DNA from: Tetramitus jugosus
Lineage: Eukaryota > Protista > Heterolobosea
DNA length: 64,000 nucleotides
NCBI GenBank assembly: GCA_937625935.1
Contig: OW569348.1
Coordinates: 609,396 to 673,395 of the forward strand
Direction of reading: 5' to 3'
Below the pieces are notes generated by a model. It did not search any database, was not told the origin of the DNA, and saw nothing but the letters and a program-made list of their open reading frames with translations. Every line of letters begins with the position of its first letter. Position 1 is the stretch's first letter. Below are positions 26,501-39,201 of the stretch, in pieces. Made by a program: the position numbers and the translations under genes.

Positions 26501-28109
26501 CTGAAGAATATCTATTGACTTCAGAGACATTTTCTGGTTGATAGAATCCTTCTCCTGGGATTGAATACTCTTCACATCCTGAAGAAGTTTAAAAGCTAAT
26601 TCTGCTGATCTTAACTTTTTGAACGATTTATCAATAAAAATATTAGTGCGTTTCTTAATATCTTCGGTACTGTCTCTGAATTCCTTCATAACATCAGTCC
26701 AAAGTCGAATCTGTTTCTTATCGAAAACATCATAGCCCAAATTCTGGATCGGTCTTAACAAGCCTTGAACCCGGCCAAGAACGTCGTCTATTCCTCCGGT
26801 TTCCCCTGTCACAGCTCGAAGCTCTGGTCCAAGAAACTTTTTGTATCTGGCTACTACACTCGCAAACTCAAACAGATCCATGCAACGATCAGTCATGTAA
26901 TCTGACCGTTCGAACATTCTCTCCTTATCAAACTCCCATCTCTCGTCTCTTCGATCCGCTTCTATCCGTTCTCGAACTTCAAAGTATGTACGTTTCCACT
27001 TTCTCAACACTTCAGCTCCTTCCTTCAACTTCTTCATCACTCGATCTGGGTTTTCAAACAGGGTAGATATCGATTCATCTACATCAATATAGGATGAAAC
27101 TTTATCACATATTTCATTGGCTATCAACTCCATCAGTGGGTTCATTCTCTTGTCGGTGTTGTAATGTCGACTAATCACCCATACCATTCGAATTGCATTC
27201 ATCATGGAAGGTAATGTATCAGATATCGGTATTAATGACTCTCTAACATTAGATATGTTTTTAAAGTGACGTTCGAGAGTTGTTAGAAACTTAACATTAT
27301 CCTTTGCTTCCATATAGACCTTTGTCAACTCTTGGAATTGATCGTCAAAACCGGGGAGCATTTGTGCATCATATACTCTCAGTACTTCTATCATTCGTTT
27401 CACATTCTTGTCGTTTAGTTGCTCCCAAATTGCTCCAAGCAAGGTATGTCTTCCTCTCCAATATTCGATCTCTGACAATGGACCCTAAAGAATAATTTGA
27501 TCAGATTTTCGATTGTCTACGAACATCCTTGATAAAAACAATCATACCTCCCCATCTCTCTCTTTGCTCGCGACAGTCTCTAATAAAGACCTTATGCTTT
27601 GTGTCCAATGATTCAGTGCAGCTTCCAGTTGTCCAATAATCTGTCAATCCGAAGTAAGATTTTGACCAAGAAGAAACACCTAAACAAATCGTACTTACTT
27701 GTTCATCCTCAGCTGCTACCTTTACATCATAAATCACAACATCTGGAATTTCTATTGTTACGTCCCCCGAAAGTTGGTGGATCATATAAGCAATGTGTTG
27801 ATTAAACTTCTTGAAATTGTTCACAAAGTCAAGGTTTAGCGAGCCTTGAGGGATAATGGTCGGTGTTCCAGTTGGAACAGGGTTCAATACTTGATAAACC
27901 TCGCCAGGAGATGTTTCAAAATCACTAACTTCTGTTTCACTCGCTACTGTTCTTCCTGCTTTGTTTCGATCATTGTTTAACATGGGGAAGAACACTGACT
28001 CAATGAGCAAGTGTAACTTGGATAGCGAAGATTCTTCCTCGTCAAGATCCAATAGATCATACTCATCTTCACTTTGCATGTCTGGATCATTTGTGTGGTT
28101 CTCCAACAT
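14528..28109 (-). CDS. DNAH10: Axonemal inner-arm dynein heavy chain, I1/f-alpha type, about 4486 aa; exons 28109-27699, 27640-27548, 27484-14528
   Basis: P-loops GPAGTGKT, GGTCGGKS, GASGTAKT, GVGGSGKQS; CFDEFNRI; RFPLCIDPQ. Introns of 58 and 63 nt rebuild GPLSEIEYW. The AAA2 GGKS form and HPSHWILQGV C-terminus fit the DNAH10 class. Confidence 0.9.
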
Positions 28110-28210
28110 GGTTCTGTGGCTTGATGAATTTAAAACGGCAACCGAAGAACAAAAAACAAAGATGGAAAGTTCCGTAGTCGCATTTTGGCGCTCATTTTAA
28201 TTTTTCGCGA

Positions 28211-31200
28211 TCAATTTGGTTCTGGGAGCTCCACTGTCTCATCTTCGTCCTGCAGTGTCACATGACCTGAACCCAATGTCCGTCCAAACTTTTTCTCTTG
28301 TTCCCGTTTGTAGTCCCTATACCTGATTATGACAAGAGCAAGGACTGCACCAACAACGAGAAGCGCAGCCGCTCCGGCACAGACACCAAGTATGATAAAG
28401 AAGATGACACGATTAGAGAGCGCAGCAGGCGGCACCCAACAGGTATCCAATGATTCTACATCGCCAGTGACTACGAGAGCATACTTTTGTCCTCCGGATG
28501 CACTCAGTCTTTCAGCACGAACCGTCACAGCCACAATGTAATCTGAGGGTATACTTGACACGATAACCTGCTCGATGGTGTTTAAGCGGTCGCCATTATC
28601 ATTATTATTTCCGGGTGCTCTGGTACTACTCTTGCTACCGTTCCTGTAGTAAAATACATCTAAATCTAGATCATTCACCAAAAGGACGGATGCGGATGGC
28701 GATACAGCTGGATCATACCATGATAGTGTGGCCTTAAATTCGTGTGCTCCACTTACTCGATAGCAATATACTTGTCTATCATGTCCGCTTATCGATACAC
28801 GATCGTGAGAGAACAATCTGAATGTTGAATCAGCAAAGGATAGAACCTTGCTTAATGAAACAAGACCGAAACCTGAAACACTATTAGGGTCTTTCGATAA
28901 TGCAGCAAGCAAGCCTCCACCATTCAGATCAACATATCCTGTCATTCTATGGCCTGAATGGGCCAATGTTGCCTTGACAAGTGAACCAGACGGATTCACT
29001 CCATTTTGCTTGTAATAATCCCGAACTAGTGCTGCAGATCCACTCACCAACGGTGCGGCCATTGATGTTCCCTTCATTGTAATGAGCGCTGCATCGTTAC
29101 CTCCTGCAGGTCTACCAATACCACACTGATTCGTTTTAACATCTCCATCACTGTGTGAAGAAACAACAGAAAATCCAGGACCTACTACATCGGGTTTGAT
29201 TCTTCCATCAGATGATGGACCACGAGAGCTGAAATAGGCCATATTGTTGCTGTTCAAATATTTTTTTCTGTCCCTGTACCATTTCTTAATGAAATCTGGA
29301 CAACACAAACTTTTGATCTTTTCTGTTTCTGCGTCGGTCTTGCCCTTGGCAGCACAACACTCCTGAGTGTTCGATATTCCACTATGCTTCAACACCTCAA
29401 AAATGTCCGACATGTCTTCATAATCGACTGCCTCTTCAAAATTTGCTGATGTTGTCATACTTGCACCCACGGTCAAAACATTCTTGGAAGTGGCTGGACT
29501 ACCAATAGTACCACTTTTTGCCGTGTATCCAACATTACCTGCAGCAAAAATAATGAGCATATCGTCATTATCTGTGACAAAACGATCAATCTCGGCAGCT
29601 CTGCTATCATAGACATTACAGACTCGACAACAATCGGTACCCAAGTTCTCATTGCACCAATCATTGGAAACTGAGGCACCTGCCTTGCCATACTTGGTAG
29701 TAACGGCCCACTTACAAGAACAGTCATATTGGCAATAGAAAATGGAGAATGTGCAACCCCAAGAGTTGCTATGAATCCGAGCGCCTCCTTTCTTGTAAGG
29801 AATAGGGAAGTAATCGGAATATAAGTCATCTGGAATCAACAAGACTTCAAAGGCTGGATTATAAATATCAGTAAAAAATAGCTTGGCATCCTTGGCAACG
29901 CCTCCGAATCGATGCAAAGTTTCATTGTTTGGTGCACCATTATATATGTAACCAGCAATACTTCCTGCAACGTGGGTACCATGACCGTTGACAACATCTT
30001 GTTTGTCACTTTTCATTACGGTATCACCTTCGCTAATCACTTCAACAGTTTGATAGCCAATGATTTTTCGGTGCTTCATATTAACTCCATCAAACACGAC
30101 TGATTGATTCACGTCACGGAAGAAACAATGATCATAATCAATACCTGTATCTCCTACACCCACTACCTCACCAGCCCCAGTTACACCTCGAGCCCAAATC
30201 GGTCTCTTCTCTTCCATGAAATCACGAGAGTATTGCATGCTCCTGCTGTTAATATCGATGTCTGTTGATCCATCACCTTGTAAAATCTCATTTCCTGCCG
30301 AATTGAAAAGTCCCATTGGTAACTTTCTTTCAATCCAATGGACTCTTTCTTGATTTTTCAAATATTCAAGAACATCACTGGCGAACAAAGCACGTGTTTT
30401 AACAACCATTTTCTGTGGTGACGCCAAGTGAACGTGTATGGAATCAATTGAATCAGTCACCAAACCATCATCCGAATTAGATGTGGATCGAAGAGTGTGA
30501 TATGAGCGACTGACATGCGACTTCAAACCACTCATAACATTCGAGGCATATGACTCCATGACTCTTCTGTTGACTTGATTGGTTTCAGCAGTACTGCTGT
30601 CCTGATCATCAGGTATTAACAGAGCATACAATTCAATGATATCCAATGATTTCTCATTTTGTTCGTCCGTTTCGCTGGAAACCTTGCCATTCAACTTTCT
30701 CTCCTTTGCGTCGTTCAAATACTGCCACTCAAACAAGGACAAATTGGTAAAATTCAACCTTGTTTTAAACTGTGGTTGCACATGCCCGATATAATGAATA
30801 TAATCCAATGGTGCCATGTCCTTTGGCAGTGAGTTCAACTTGTCAGACAATTTGAACACATCATCTATCGAATGACGAACGGGTCAGTCTTTAATAATAA
30901 CAACGAAAGCTCTTTTTTGAGTGAAAAAAAAACAAGAGTACGTACCATGAATGATATAGGTGTCCGGTGGCACAGCAATGTTCAAAGGTTTGTTCAACCA
31001 TTGCTCCACTTGCTTCACATAGGAATGATGTTTTAATTGTATCATAAATTGCAAGTGATTTCCATCATTATTGTCGTTACTGTTATTGTTTTGGTCGTCT
31101 TTTGTGTGTTGGAGCAACGTGAAGAGCTTTGATTTTTGTTGTTGTTTTAATTTCAGTAGAGTTTTCTCTGGCTCTGAGGAGAGTGATAGGATTTCATTCA

Positions 31201-31375
31201 ATAAATTATTGGATTGAGTGGCACCATCGGTGGTGTCAATCGTGTGATGTGTGAGTCGAATGTGTCTACTGCTGCCGGTCACGGGTGATAATGTTACAAC
31301 AATGTGCGCGATCAACGAAAGAATGATACCAAAAATGATCACTACGGATTTCCTTGTAGTTACGTAATGGCTCAT
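28211..31375 (-). CDS. Membrane-anchored S8 subtilisin (KP-43/Dictyostelium Tag-like protease domain); probable intron 30945-30865
   Basis: Catalytic GDTGID, HGTHVAGS, FAAGN, GTSMAAP; SSRGPSSDGRIKPD; LVNDLDL beta-barrel; N-terminal signal and C-terminal TM. Confidence 0.9.
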
Positions 31376-31649
31376 GTTGATGATGGGGTCTGTTTTGTTT
31401 TTTTGTGACTGATTGAAAAACTCAAAGGACTTTGAACTTGTTTTTTGCTGAATGTGACGAAATATCCGCTACCTTCGAATCTGCAAAATGAATCTAGTTG
31501 TATTCTACAGTTTGACCGCTTGGAAAAGAAGTGTCGGCGGATCGAACGTCTGCATCATTTTCACACACTGAGCACAGTGTTAATCCGCCCTATAAACAAG
31601 GACTAGGGCTGAATCAACTACAGGAGTGAAATCAACATTTGCAAAGAGA

Positions 31650-32996
31650 ATGAACTTGGATATTCCTCCTTTGGACCTATCAAAGGCTATGAATCATGAC
31701 GAGAGCTTGAACTACACAGAGAAGGATGCCGAACTAGAGGATTTGATTCAAAACACTAACATTACATTTGGTGACGACGACCATCAGGGAGAACCTACGA
31801 TTCCTAGCTCACCGATTTTCCTTGATCGTCACTCCTCGTCCCCTCAAGCAACTCCCAAGAGCCATAAGGTAGACCTCAAGAAACCATACTCAACCCCAAA
31901 CAGAAGAAGACAATCCGAGCCTATTTCATCTCTTGAGGAGACTCCTACTTCGAACAACAGTAACAGCAGAACATCGATTTCATCGACTCCTGATTTGAAA
32001 GTATACAGAAGATCTTGGAGAACACCTTCTGCTTCATTTGTATCCTCCACACCCAGATTCAAGGAAACCAAAACTGTATCACCAGCGTCAACATCCTATT
32101 ACTATCCTATATCACCTCCTCAAACGAATAACCTCTCTGACTCCAGTTTCAGTTCCTCGACACCTAGATGGTATCAGGAGAATTCATTGCATTCTAGAAG
32201 GGCTCCCACCGAGAGACAATGGATATCTCCATCCCCTTGTTCTTATAGCCCTGAGAAATTCATCTGGGATTCTAGAAGAGGTGACTTGGGATCTGTTTCC
32301 TCATTCAAAACCAATTCTCCTCGTTATTTCATTCAAAAATCTCCTGTGAACTCATGCTCTCCTCCGCCTACGACTTATCGACCTGAAGATGTAAATCTCG
32401 ATGTACGAAAAGGAAATGTATCTAATAGTTCGTTCTCTTCTACCACTTCACGTTTGTTCAGTGACAAGTTAGCCCACCCCACCGAGTCACCTGGGCCAAC
32501 AGCTTACCAGTATGAAAAAGTGGATATGACTTCCAGGAACAACAACCCTGCTGCTGCTTCTTTCAAATCCGCCTCAAAGCGCACCTTTATCGAAGTGCAA
32601 GTAGAAACAACAGAAGCTCCTCCTTCGACTCTCTACAGCCCTAGCTTTTCCATGATTGATCCGGATGTTAATACTTACTCTTCTATGAAGAGTACTTCTC
32701 GTAGATTCTTCTGTGACAAAGCGCCAGAGACAACCAACAGTCCTGCGGCAACAACCTACCATCCCCTCGTTGAAGGGACCTTTGAAAGATTGGCCGCTTA
32801 TCCTCCTGCTCCAGTTGCTCATTCAACCACGGATCGATTCCTGTATTCCACACCAAAGTCAACTTCTCCTGGACCAGGAGCATACTACCTACCTGAAGTA
32901 CCAGAATCCATAGACGAAGCTATTTTCAGAAGACTACAACTAAAACAAAGGTTGGAAGAAGCGAAAGGAAATCAAAAAGGGACCAACGACCACTGA
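31650..32996 (+). CDS. STPG/SHIPPO (PGP-repeat) ciliary microtubule-associated protein
   Basis: Repeated SF.S..pR...SPgP..Y units (SPGPTAY, SPGPGAY, SPPPTTY, SPAATTY). First ATG at 31650. Confidence 0.75.
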   Translation: MNLDIPPLDLSKAMNHDESLNYTEKDAELEDLIQNTNITFGDDDHQGEPTIPSSPIFLDRHSSSPQATPKSHKVDLKKPYSTPNRRRQSEPISSLEETPTSNNSNSRTSISSTPDLKVYRRSWRTPSASFVSSTPRFKETKTVSPASTSYYYPISPPQTNNLSDSSFSSSTPRWYQENSLHSRRAPTERQWISPSPCSYSPEKFIWDSRRGDLGSVSSFKTNSPRYFIQKSPVNSCSPPPTTYRPEDVNLDVRKGNVSNSSFSSTTSRLFSDKLAHPTESPGPTAYQYEKVDMTSRNNNPAAASFKSASKRTFIEVQVETTEAPPSTLYSPSFSMIDPDVNTYSSMKSTSRRFFCDKAPETTNSPAATTYHPLVEGTFERLAAYPPAPVAHSTTDRFLYSTPKSTSPGPGAYYLPEVPESIDEAIFRRLQLKQRLEEAKGNQKGTNDH

Positions 32997-33215
32997 TATT
33001 TGTTTCCCAGCAATTTGCTGTTTCACGGATATATCAAACAGAACTCCGTGAAACCCAAATAGTGGTTCGTCCGGACTTACGGAACAGGAAATGTTGTTTT
33101 GCTAAATTTGAAACATATGTTCATGTTTATCAACTTGCCTGATTTTATTGTGACTGGTTTCAATCACGCGATTATGTTACAAATTGTCACTCTTTTGAGG
33201 TCTCTGATCGTATTT

Positions 33216-33995
33216 TTACAGAGCGCAACCAGCGAATGCTTTTTTGAGAGTATGTAGCGTGTGAGGGTCAAGTAACTTGACTGGTTTGTTCTTCTGGTTC
33301 ATGATGTAAGCAATACTTCTCTTCTTTGCTTGTTTCTTGATTCCAGAGTACGGCCATCTACTTCCCTTATGTGTGTCGTAAAATCGCCTCTTGAGCGTCG
33401 AGAGAGATACACCAAGCAACTTGGCTGCTTTTGGTTGAGGAAAAGAGAAATACTTTTCAATATCCTCCTTTGACAACTGTATTGTTTTTGTTGATTTTGG
33501 TGTGGCAGTGGGGGTTCCTACTTGTGGTGTTTCAGGGGAAGAAGGGTACCTCTGAGGAAAACCTGAGGGAGAGCCAGAGAAACGTTCGCCGAATGTTGTG
33601 CTGTCATCCATTCGGGGTGTGTGTTGTTCCTTAGTGGAGCGAATCATGGTTGATGTGACAAAATTGTTGTGGTGTCCATTCATGGCACTGTGCACATCAG
33701 GTTCCAAGAGAGTCATGGGACAGGTAGATGTTGTAGTTGTTATTCTTTCTCTACCTTCGTAGGTTTGAACCGAGCAATGTCTACCTGATGATTCCTTGTT
33801 GTTAATGTAGAGTTCATAGCTGTGTTGTCTTGTTCTTTTGTGGGTATAATCTAATGGAGCAGTCTGGGTGACAGAGCGTAGGTTCAAGTCGATCTCTGAT
33901 AAATGTTCACCGATTGAAGGAAGGACCAATGGCTCAGAAGACTTCTGAGAATATTGATAGAGGTGAGGATTGTGAGGGTGTTGATAAGAGAACAT
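33216..33995 (-). CDS. RWP-RK family transcription factor
   Basis: LSKEDIEKYFSFPQPKAAKLLGVSLSTLKRRF...RWPY. Confidence 0.85.
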   Translation of the reverse strand: MFSYQHPHNPHLYQYSQKSSEPLVLPSIGEHLSEIDLNLRSVTQTAPLDYTHKRTRQHSYELYINNKESSGRHCSVQTYEGRERITTTTSTCPMTLLEPDVHSAMNGHHNNFVTSTMIRSTKEQHTPRMDDSTTFGERFSGSPSGFPQRYPSSPETPQVGTPTATPKSTKTIQLSKEDIEKYFSFPQPKAAKLLGVSLSTLKRRFYDTHKGSRWPYSGIKKQAKKRSIAYIMNQKNKPVKLLDPHTLHTLKKAFAGCAL

Positions 33996-34522
33996 TTGAA
34001 AGACGAGCTATTCCTTGGTGTTATCCTCAAGTAGTTGTAGTGAGTATGGATTTGTTGTTATTGTGTTGTGAGATCTTGTTTCTTGAAATGGATGTTATCT
34101 CTTGTGTGGAAGTACAAGTGGGGAGATGTGACCACACCAAACCATAACATGGTGAGCTCTGGCGTGGGTTGCCAGAAATTTGTTGGCGCATGTCAGCTGT
34201 TGCTGCAAAAGTTGGAAATAATGATGGGGGGAGAAATCAGATTTCTTTTTTGTGATTACTTCCTTTGGTATGTCGTGTTGTCAACCCCAAATTTAGGATT
34301 AAGGATTGGATGTTTGATGTAATCTTCGTAGAACTCTTCATCTCCGGTTCATCATTTGGCAATTTTGATTTCAGAAATAGATCTCAACTCGTGGTCTATC
34401 ACAGTCCCCTGTCTGCTGAAAATTTGGGTGATGATCTCACGAGTATAAATAATTTATGTTTTAGATGTTGCTTGGTGAAGGCTGCCCAGCAGTTCAAAGG
34501 AATCTCGGGATAGATGATGGCT

Positions 34523-37119
34523 CTAGGCGCCAGTGTTGTATTTTCGCAACTCGGTGGTAACTTTGCCTTCGGGTACCAGCTGGCCCGATGTTTTTCCAAA
34601 CACAGCGTCCACCATCTGAACAAACTGTCTATAGTACTTCATCCAGGCAATTACAGCTTTCTCCACAACAAATCTGGCAGTGCTCAAATTTGTGAACTGG
34701 GCGTTGATAATTGAGAACATTTGACTGAGGGATGTCTGCCATTTGTTATTGAACTCGTTGATCACAGTCTCGAAATGTACATAGGCTGATTTTTTCACAC
34801 CGTTCAATGTGATGTCTGTGCTTAATGCTTGTCTGTTTGTTTCTCGCTGTTTATCAGGTGACACTAATCTTTGAGATAGTGACAAGAATAAGATCAGCTT
34901 GGTCATTTGAACATCGGGATTGCTCAATGTTTTAAACACGAATTGTTCGACATGATCATTGAATACATTGTCAAACAGTTGTGAGATCTCATTCTCGATT
35001 CCATAAGCGTTAAAAAGTGCCAATATCTGGTCAACACAGTTTATGATCAAAACATGGTCGACGTCTCCACCGAGCTTCGTGTTCTTTGAGCACTTACCCA
35101 TATGTACAAGAATTCCCTTGAATGTCTCGCTCAGTTTGATCAAGTCTTGGTCAAGTTTCTGACCGAGATTCAGTCTGTAGATGCTCGTTACCCACTGGGC
35201 AAATTTTTTCGAAATGAGGAAATTAGACTTCTCTCTCGATACTAGATTTTTGTTCTGTGTGATCGCTTTGTAATCATTATCCACCAACTGTTGTATACTA
35301 ATGACGTTCTTCTCATAGATCAAATGGAATCTATCCCACAACATATTTTCTAGGCCTTGCCAGAATTGATTTAATGATTCCTGATCGATATCACGCTTCT
35401 TCATCGTATCTTTAAAATCATTCACTTTTCTAATCATTAATAGTACACCAACAGAGTCCCATGTCTGAGATGAGTAATTCTCTGTGAACGAATAGAGATA
35501 GGAGAATGAACTGGAAAATGTTTGAGCAAACAATTCACTTGTCGTTTCTTGTTGCTCTTTTGATGGTTTGTTGCTTGCATCATCAGTTGGTTGACTCAAT
35601 GATTGATTAAAAAAGTCCAATATGAATCCATACTCAGATGTAATGGTGTTAGTCAAGAGGACAAATGTACTCGTCCATAATTCCGTATAGTCCACTTGTT
35701 CTGCTTGTTGAGCAGGCATGTCGAGTGAAATGAGAGAATTGTTGTCAATCTTGTCAAATCGATCACCCAAATCGAAAAACTTTTCCGTTTTGGAGGCTTT
35801 TTCAGAACTGGACCACAAACTGCTCACATTATTGCTCATACTGGACATGGACAGTGATCCCAAACTGAAACTAGTGACCGATGATGTCAGATTCGTCAAT
35901 GAGAATGTACTCAATTCCACAATTGTATTGTTCTTGACTGATTCACTTATGAAGGCTTTTGGAAACCGTTTCTGCAAACTTGAAACATAGTTCTTAAAGC
36001 TGTTCAAGTAATGAGTTCCAAGAACGTTCGAATAGTGCTTTCGTATGCTCGATCCAATTTGTGGCGAATACTTGTCCAAAAAATCATAAAAATACTTGTA
36101 CTTCAACAAACTAAACTGAATACCGACTTGGCTGGTGCTTGATACTCTGCTTTTTGAATTTCCAAGATCCTTCATCTTATTCTCCATGAATGTTCTCAAT
36201 TTGCTCACTGCACTTTTCGTCAGAGATGTCAACTGAGGCTCCAATTCTTCAAAAATAGGAACCTTTCGATCCAATTGTTGAAAATTGGTCAATAGTGCGT
36301 CCAATTCCAATATGGGCGATAAGTATCGATCATCAACTGTTCCATTGTTGATCTCATTTGATAATCTTGGTGGAATTGCAATCTTTTGTAGGAAATCAGA
36401 TAGAGAGGAAGCTGCCTTCTTTCTGTTGCTCAACTTGATGTTCATGGAAAATGATTGATCTTGAAGTTTCTTGATCTCTTCTGCTGTGTCACCGAGACTG
36501 CCCTGAAACGTGGCCAACATTTGCTCCATTTTCTCCAAAACACCATCACAGCTGCGCAATTGAGCATACAGGTCAGCCAAGCGCTCAGCCTCCTCCAAAT
36601 AGTCATCAATCGACTCAATTTCAATCTTCTTCAAATCTTGTTGAATCTGTTGACTGTATTCTCTTAGATCGACACCTTGATTAATGGCCTTTTGAACGAG
36701 AGCATCCTGTTGAAACAATCGAATGTCCTCTGTATACATATATAGATATATTATTGATTACAAATTATAAGCGTCAATGAATGTTCGTTTGTGTGTACAT
36801 GTGTGCATTCGTTCGTCATGTAAAAAAAAACAACCAACCACCACAACAACTTACCATCAATTTCATCAACGTCATATTGTTCAAAATCAGTCGTGCTCGT
36901 AGGAAAGAAATCTAGCGAGTGTTCATCAAAATTAAGTTTGATTTCAGGGGAGGCCATCAATGGTCGACTCTTGCGATTTGGATTTGGTGATAAAGAAGCA
37001 GTTGTTGACGTGGTGGTAGTACCCGTCGTGTTACTCTGCAAATCCTTGTCAATGTCATCGAAAGCAGTTAATAGTTTGGATCGATTTGCCTCTTCCTCTT
37101 TTCTTGATTGCTGTTTCAT
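34523..37119 (-). CDS. VPS52: GARP/EARP subunit Vps52; exons 37119-36855, 36729-34523
   Basis: GVDLREYSQQI...SIDDYL...CDGVLEKMEQMLATFQGSLG...LQDQSFSMNIKLSNRK; intron GTAAGT 36854...CAG 36730. Confidence 0.9.
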
Positions 37120-37283
37120 TGCCCAATGGTTATTGTTGTTGGAGTTCAACGGTGTGCTGTTGAGTTTTTTTGCTTCTGGGTTGAAAGAAGGTTTTTTGTG
37201 TCGGGATGTTTTTGTTCACTCTTGAGCGAATCTCTGGTTCGGAGGAAATTAGAGAAAAATAAGAAACAACCGAACAGAAGAGA

Positions 37284-38975
37284 ATGTACATGAGTGGTGA
37301 ATACCAACCACCAAGAAGACGAAGGAACAAGCAACGTAGTCACACACAAAAGTTTCTCTATCTGTTACTCTTGTTGGTCGTTCTGTCGTTTGTGGCTTCT
37401 TCATACTACTTTTTCCTCACTCCCAATCACAATGAATCTCACTCCAGTGCTCCCACTGAACCACCACTCATTTTCTCCCTCGCAAACTCAGCCAACAAGC
37501 AACAACAACAAACAATACAATCAACACAGCAACAACAAACAACAACACCAATAATAACAACAGCAGCCACAACCTTGAAGAGTGTTCGGCATCAATGTTC
37601 TGATTATCTGACGAGTGGTGGTGGTGGTGAGCGGATCAAACCTAATTTCCAATCGCAAGTGTGCTTTGACTACTTTGACTGTGGATTCTTGCAAAAATGG
37701 AAGAAAAATCGCATTTCCATGTGCGCAAAGAGCATGAGTAGCAAGATCAGTGGTAGCCTTGAATGCTACGTCACAGAAAATCCACACATTCCGGCTGCGA
37801 CGAGGCCACACACCATTTGTTCTTCACAGAATTTATTTGTTGATTTTTCAAAGTTACAATTGGCTCGGTGCTTAAAGTTTAGGCCTGGATACATGTGCGA
37901 TGGAACCATGAGCTATTATCAGTACCAACATGGTGCATTAAGTGCCTATTGTGATATTGATAATCGAAATTTTCAATTAACTTATTTTCCAAATGATTTT
38001 GGAAAGGATATTTTCAGCAGCTTTGTGAATAAGAGTATAACATTGGACAATGCTGGCTTGTCCTCCACTGCTACTACTGTTTCGACAGCTCCCGTCACAA
38101 TCTTCGTGTCCAGAGAAAAGGGAGAACACGCAAACATGTTTCATGCCACCACTGATTTTTTCAATGCTTATTTGATGATTGAGTTTTTCGGTTTAGATCC
38201 CCAAACGGTACAGATTGTAATATTGGACGATCATAGTCCAGGACCGTATGACATGATATGGGACAAGGTATTTTCACTGAATGCGCCCATGAAGAGGGCC
38301 AGAGATTTCAACAGTAAGACTGTTCGGTTCGAACGTGCCATATTTTCTCCTCCTGGATACACATCGATAATGTTGGCTCATTTGACCAAGTCACGAGTAT
38401 CGGATCTATCACAGACTTGCACAAGCGAACTCTTCTTGATTGATGGTTATGCGAATGCAGTGCTGAAAGGATTTGGTATACCTTCGAGAGCACCCAGTAA
38501 TGTGAACCAACTGAAACTAACTTTTATCTCAAGAAAACCTTATTCAAATTATGTTGAACACAAGTTTATGGCTCGTCAAATCGCCAATGAAGATGAATTG
38601 CTGTCAGAACTGCAATCTATTCCAGGTGTGCTAGTCGAGAGAGTCGATTTTGCACAATTGACCTTCGCAGAACAGATCCAGAAAGCATATGAGAGCGATA
38701 TACTTGTTGGTATGCATGGTGCTGGTTTAACACATGCTCTGTGGTTGCCCCCACGTACATCTGGTGTTGTTGAACTGCTATCACTCAACACGATTGATAA
38801 ATGGCGCATGTTTGAACAGTTCACATACTGGAAAGGTAACGAGTACAGAGAGTGGTCGAATTCGGTGACGGACAATCATTGGAAGGACGGAACAGGCGAC
38901 TACACGAGAATTAATGTAGCCGAAGTCAAAGCCTTAGTCAGTGATGTCGTGTCAAACATTCGAAAGAAACAGTAG
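37284..38975 (+). CDS. Glycosyltransferase family 61 (EOGT/xylosyltransferase-like), type II membrane
   Basis: N-terminal TM anchor; HANMFHATTDFFNAY, RQIANEDEL, DILVGMHGAGLTHALWLP. Confidence 0.9.
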   Translation: MYMSGEYQPPRRRRNKQRSHTQKFLYLLLLLVVLSFVASSYYFFLTPNHNESHSSAPTEPPLIFSLANSANKQQQQTIQSTQQQQTTTPIITTAATTLKSVRHQCSDYLTSGGGGERIKPNFQSQVCFDYFDCGFLQKWKKNRISMCAKSMSSKISGSLECYVTENPHIPAATRPHTICSSQNLFVDFSKLQLARCLKFRPGYMCDGTMSYYQYQHGALSAYCDIDNRNFQLTYFPNDFGKDIFSSFVNKSITLDNAGLSSTATTVSTAPVTIFVSREKGEHANMFHATTDFFNAYLMIEFFGLDPQTVQIVILDDHSPGPYDMIWDKVFSLNAPMKRARDFNSKTVRFERAIFSPPGYTSIMLAHLTKSRVSDLSQTCTSELFLIDGYANAVLKGFGIPSRAPSNVNQLKLTFISRKPYSNYVEHKFMARQIANEDELLSELQSIPGVLVERVDFAQLTFAEQIQKAYESDILVGMHGAGLTHALWLPPRTSGVVELLSLNTIDKWRMFEQFTYWKGNEYREWSNSVTDNHWKDGTGDYTRINVAEVKALVSDVVSNIRKKQ

Positions 38976-39201
38976 TCCAAGATGTCCAATTTTATTAGGC
39001 CAGATCAGTCTGATGTGTCCAAGATATAAATTCCAGCTTCTCGAAACTGAGCCCATCGACTTGTTCTCAAGCCAGACAGATGACGTTGATGTCATTTTCG
39101 GAAGATTACTATTTTTCCTCTTCTGTTTGACGCATCGTCCAATCATCTATTCCTCCCCCATCCTTTCCACACAAAACCCAATACCTTGGTCTTCTACTTT
39201 G

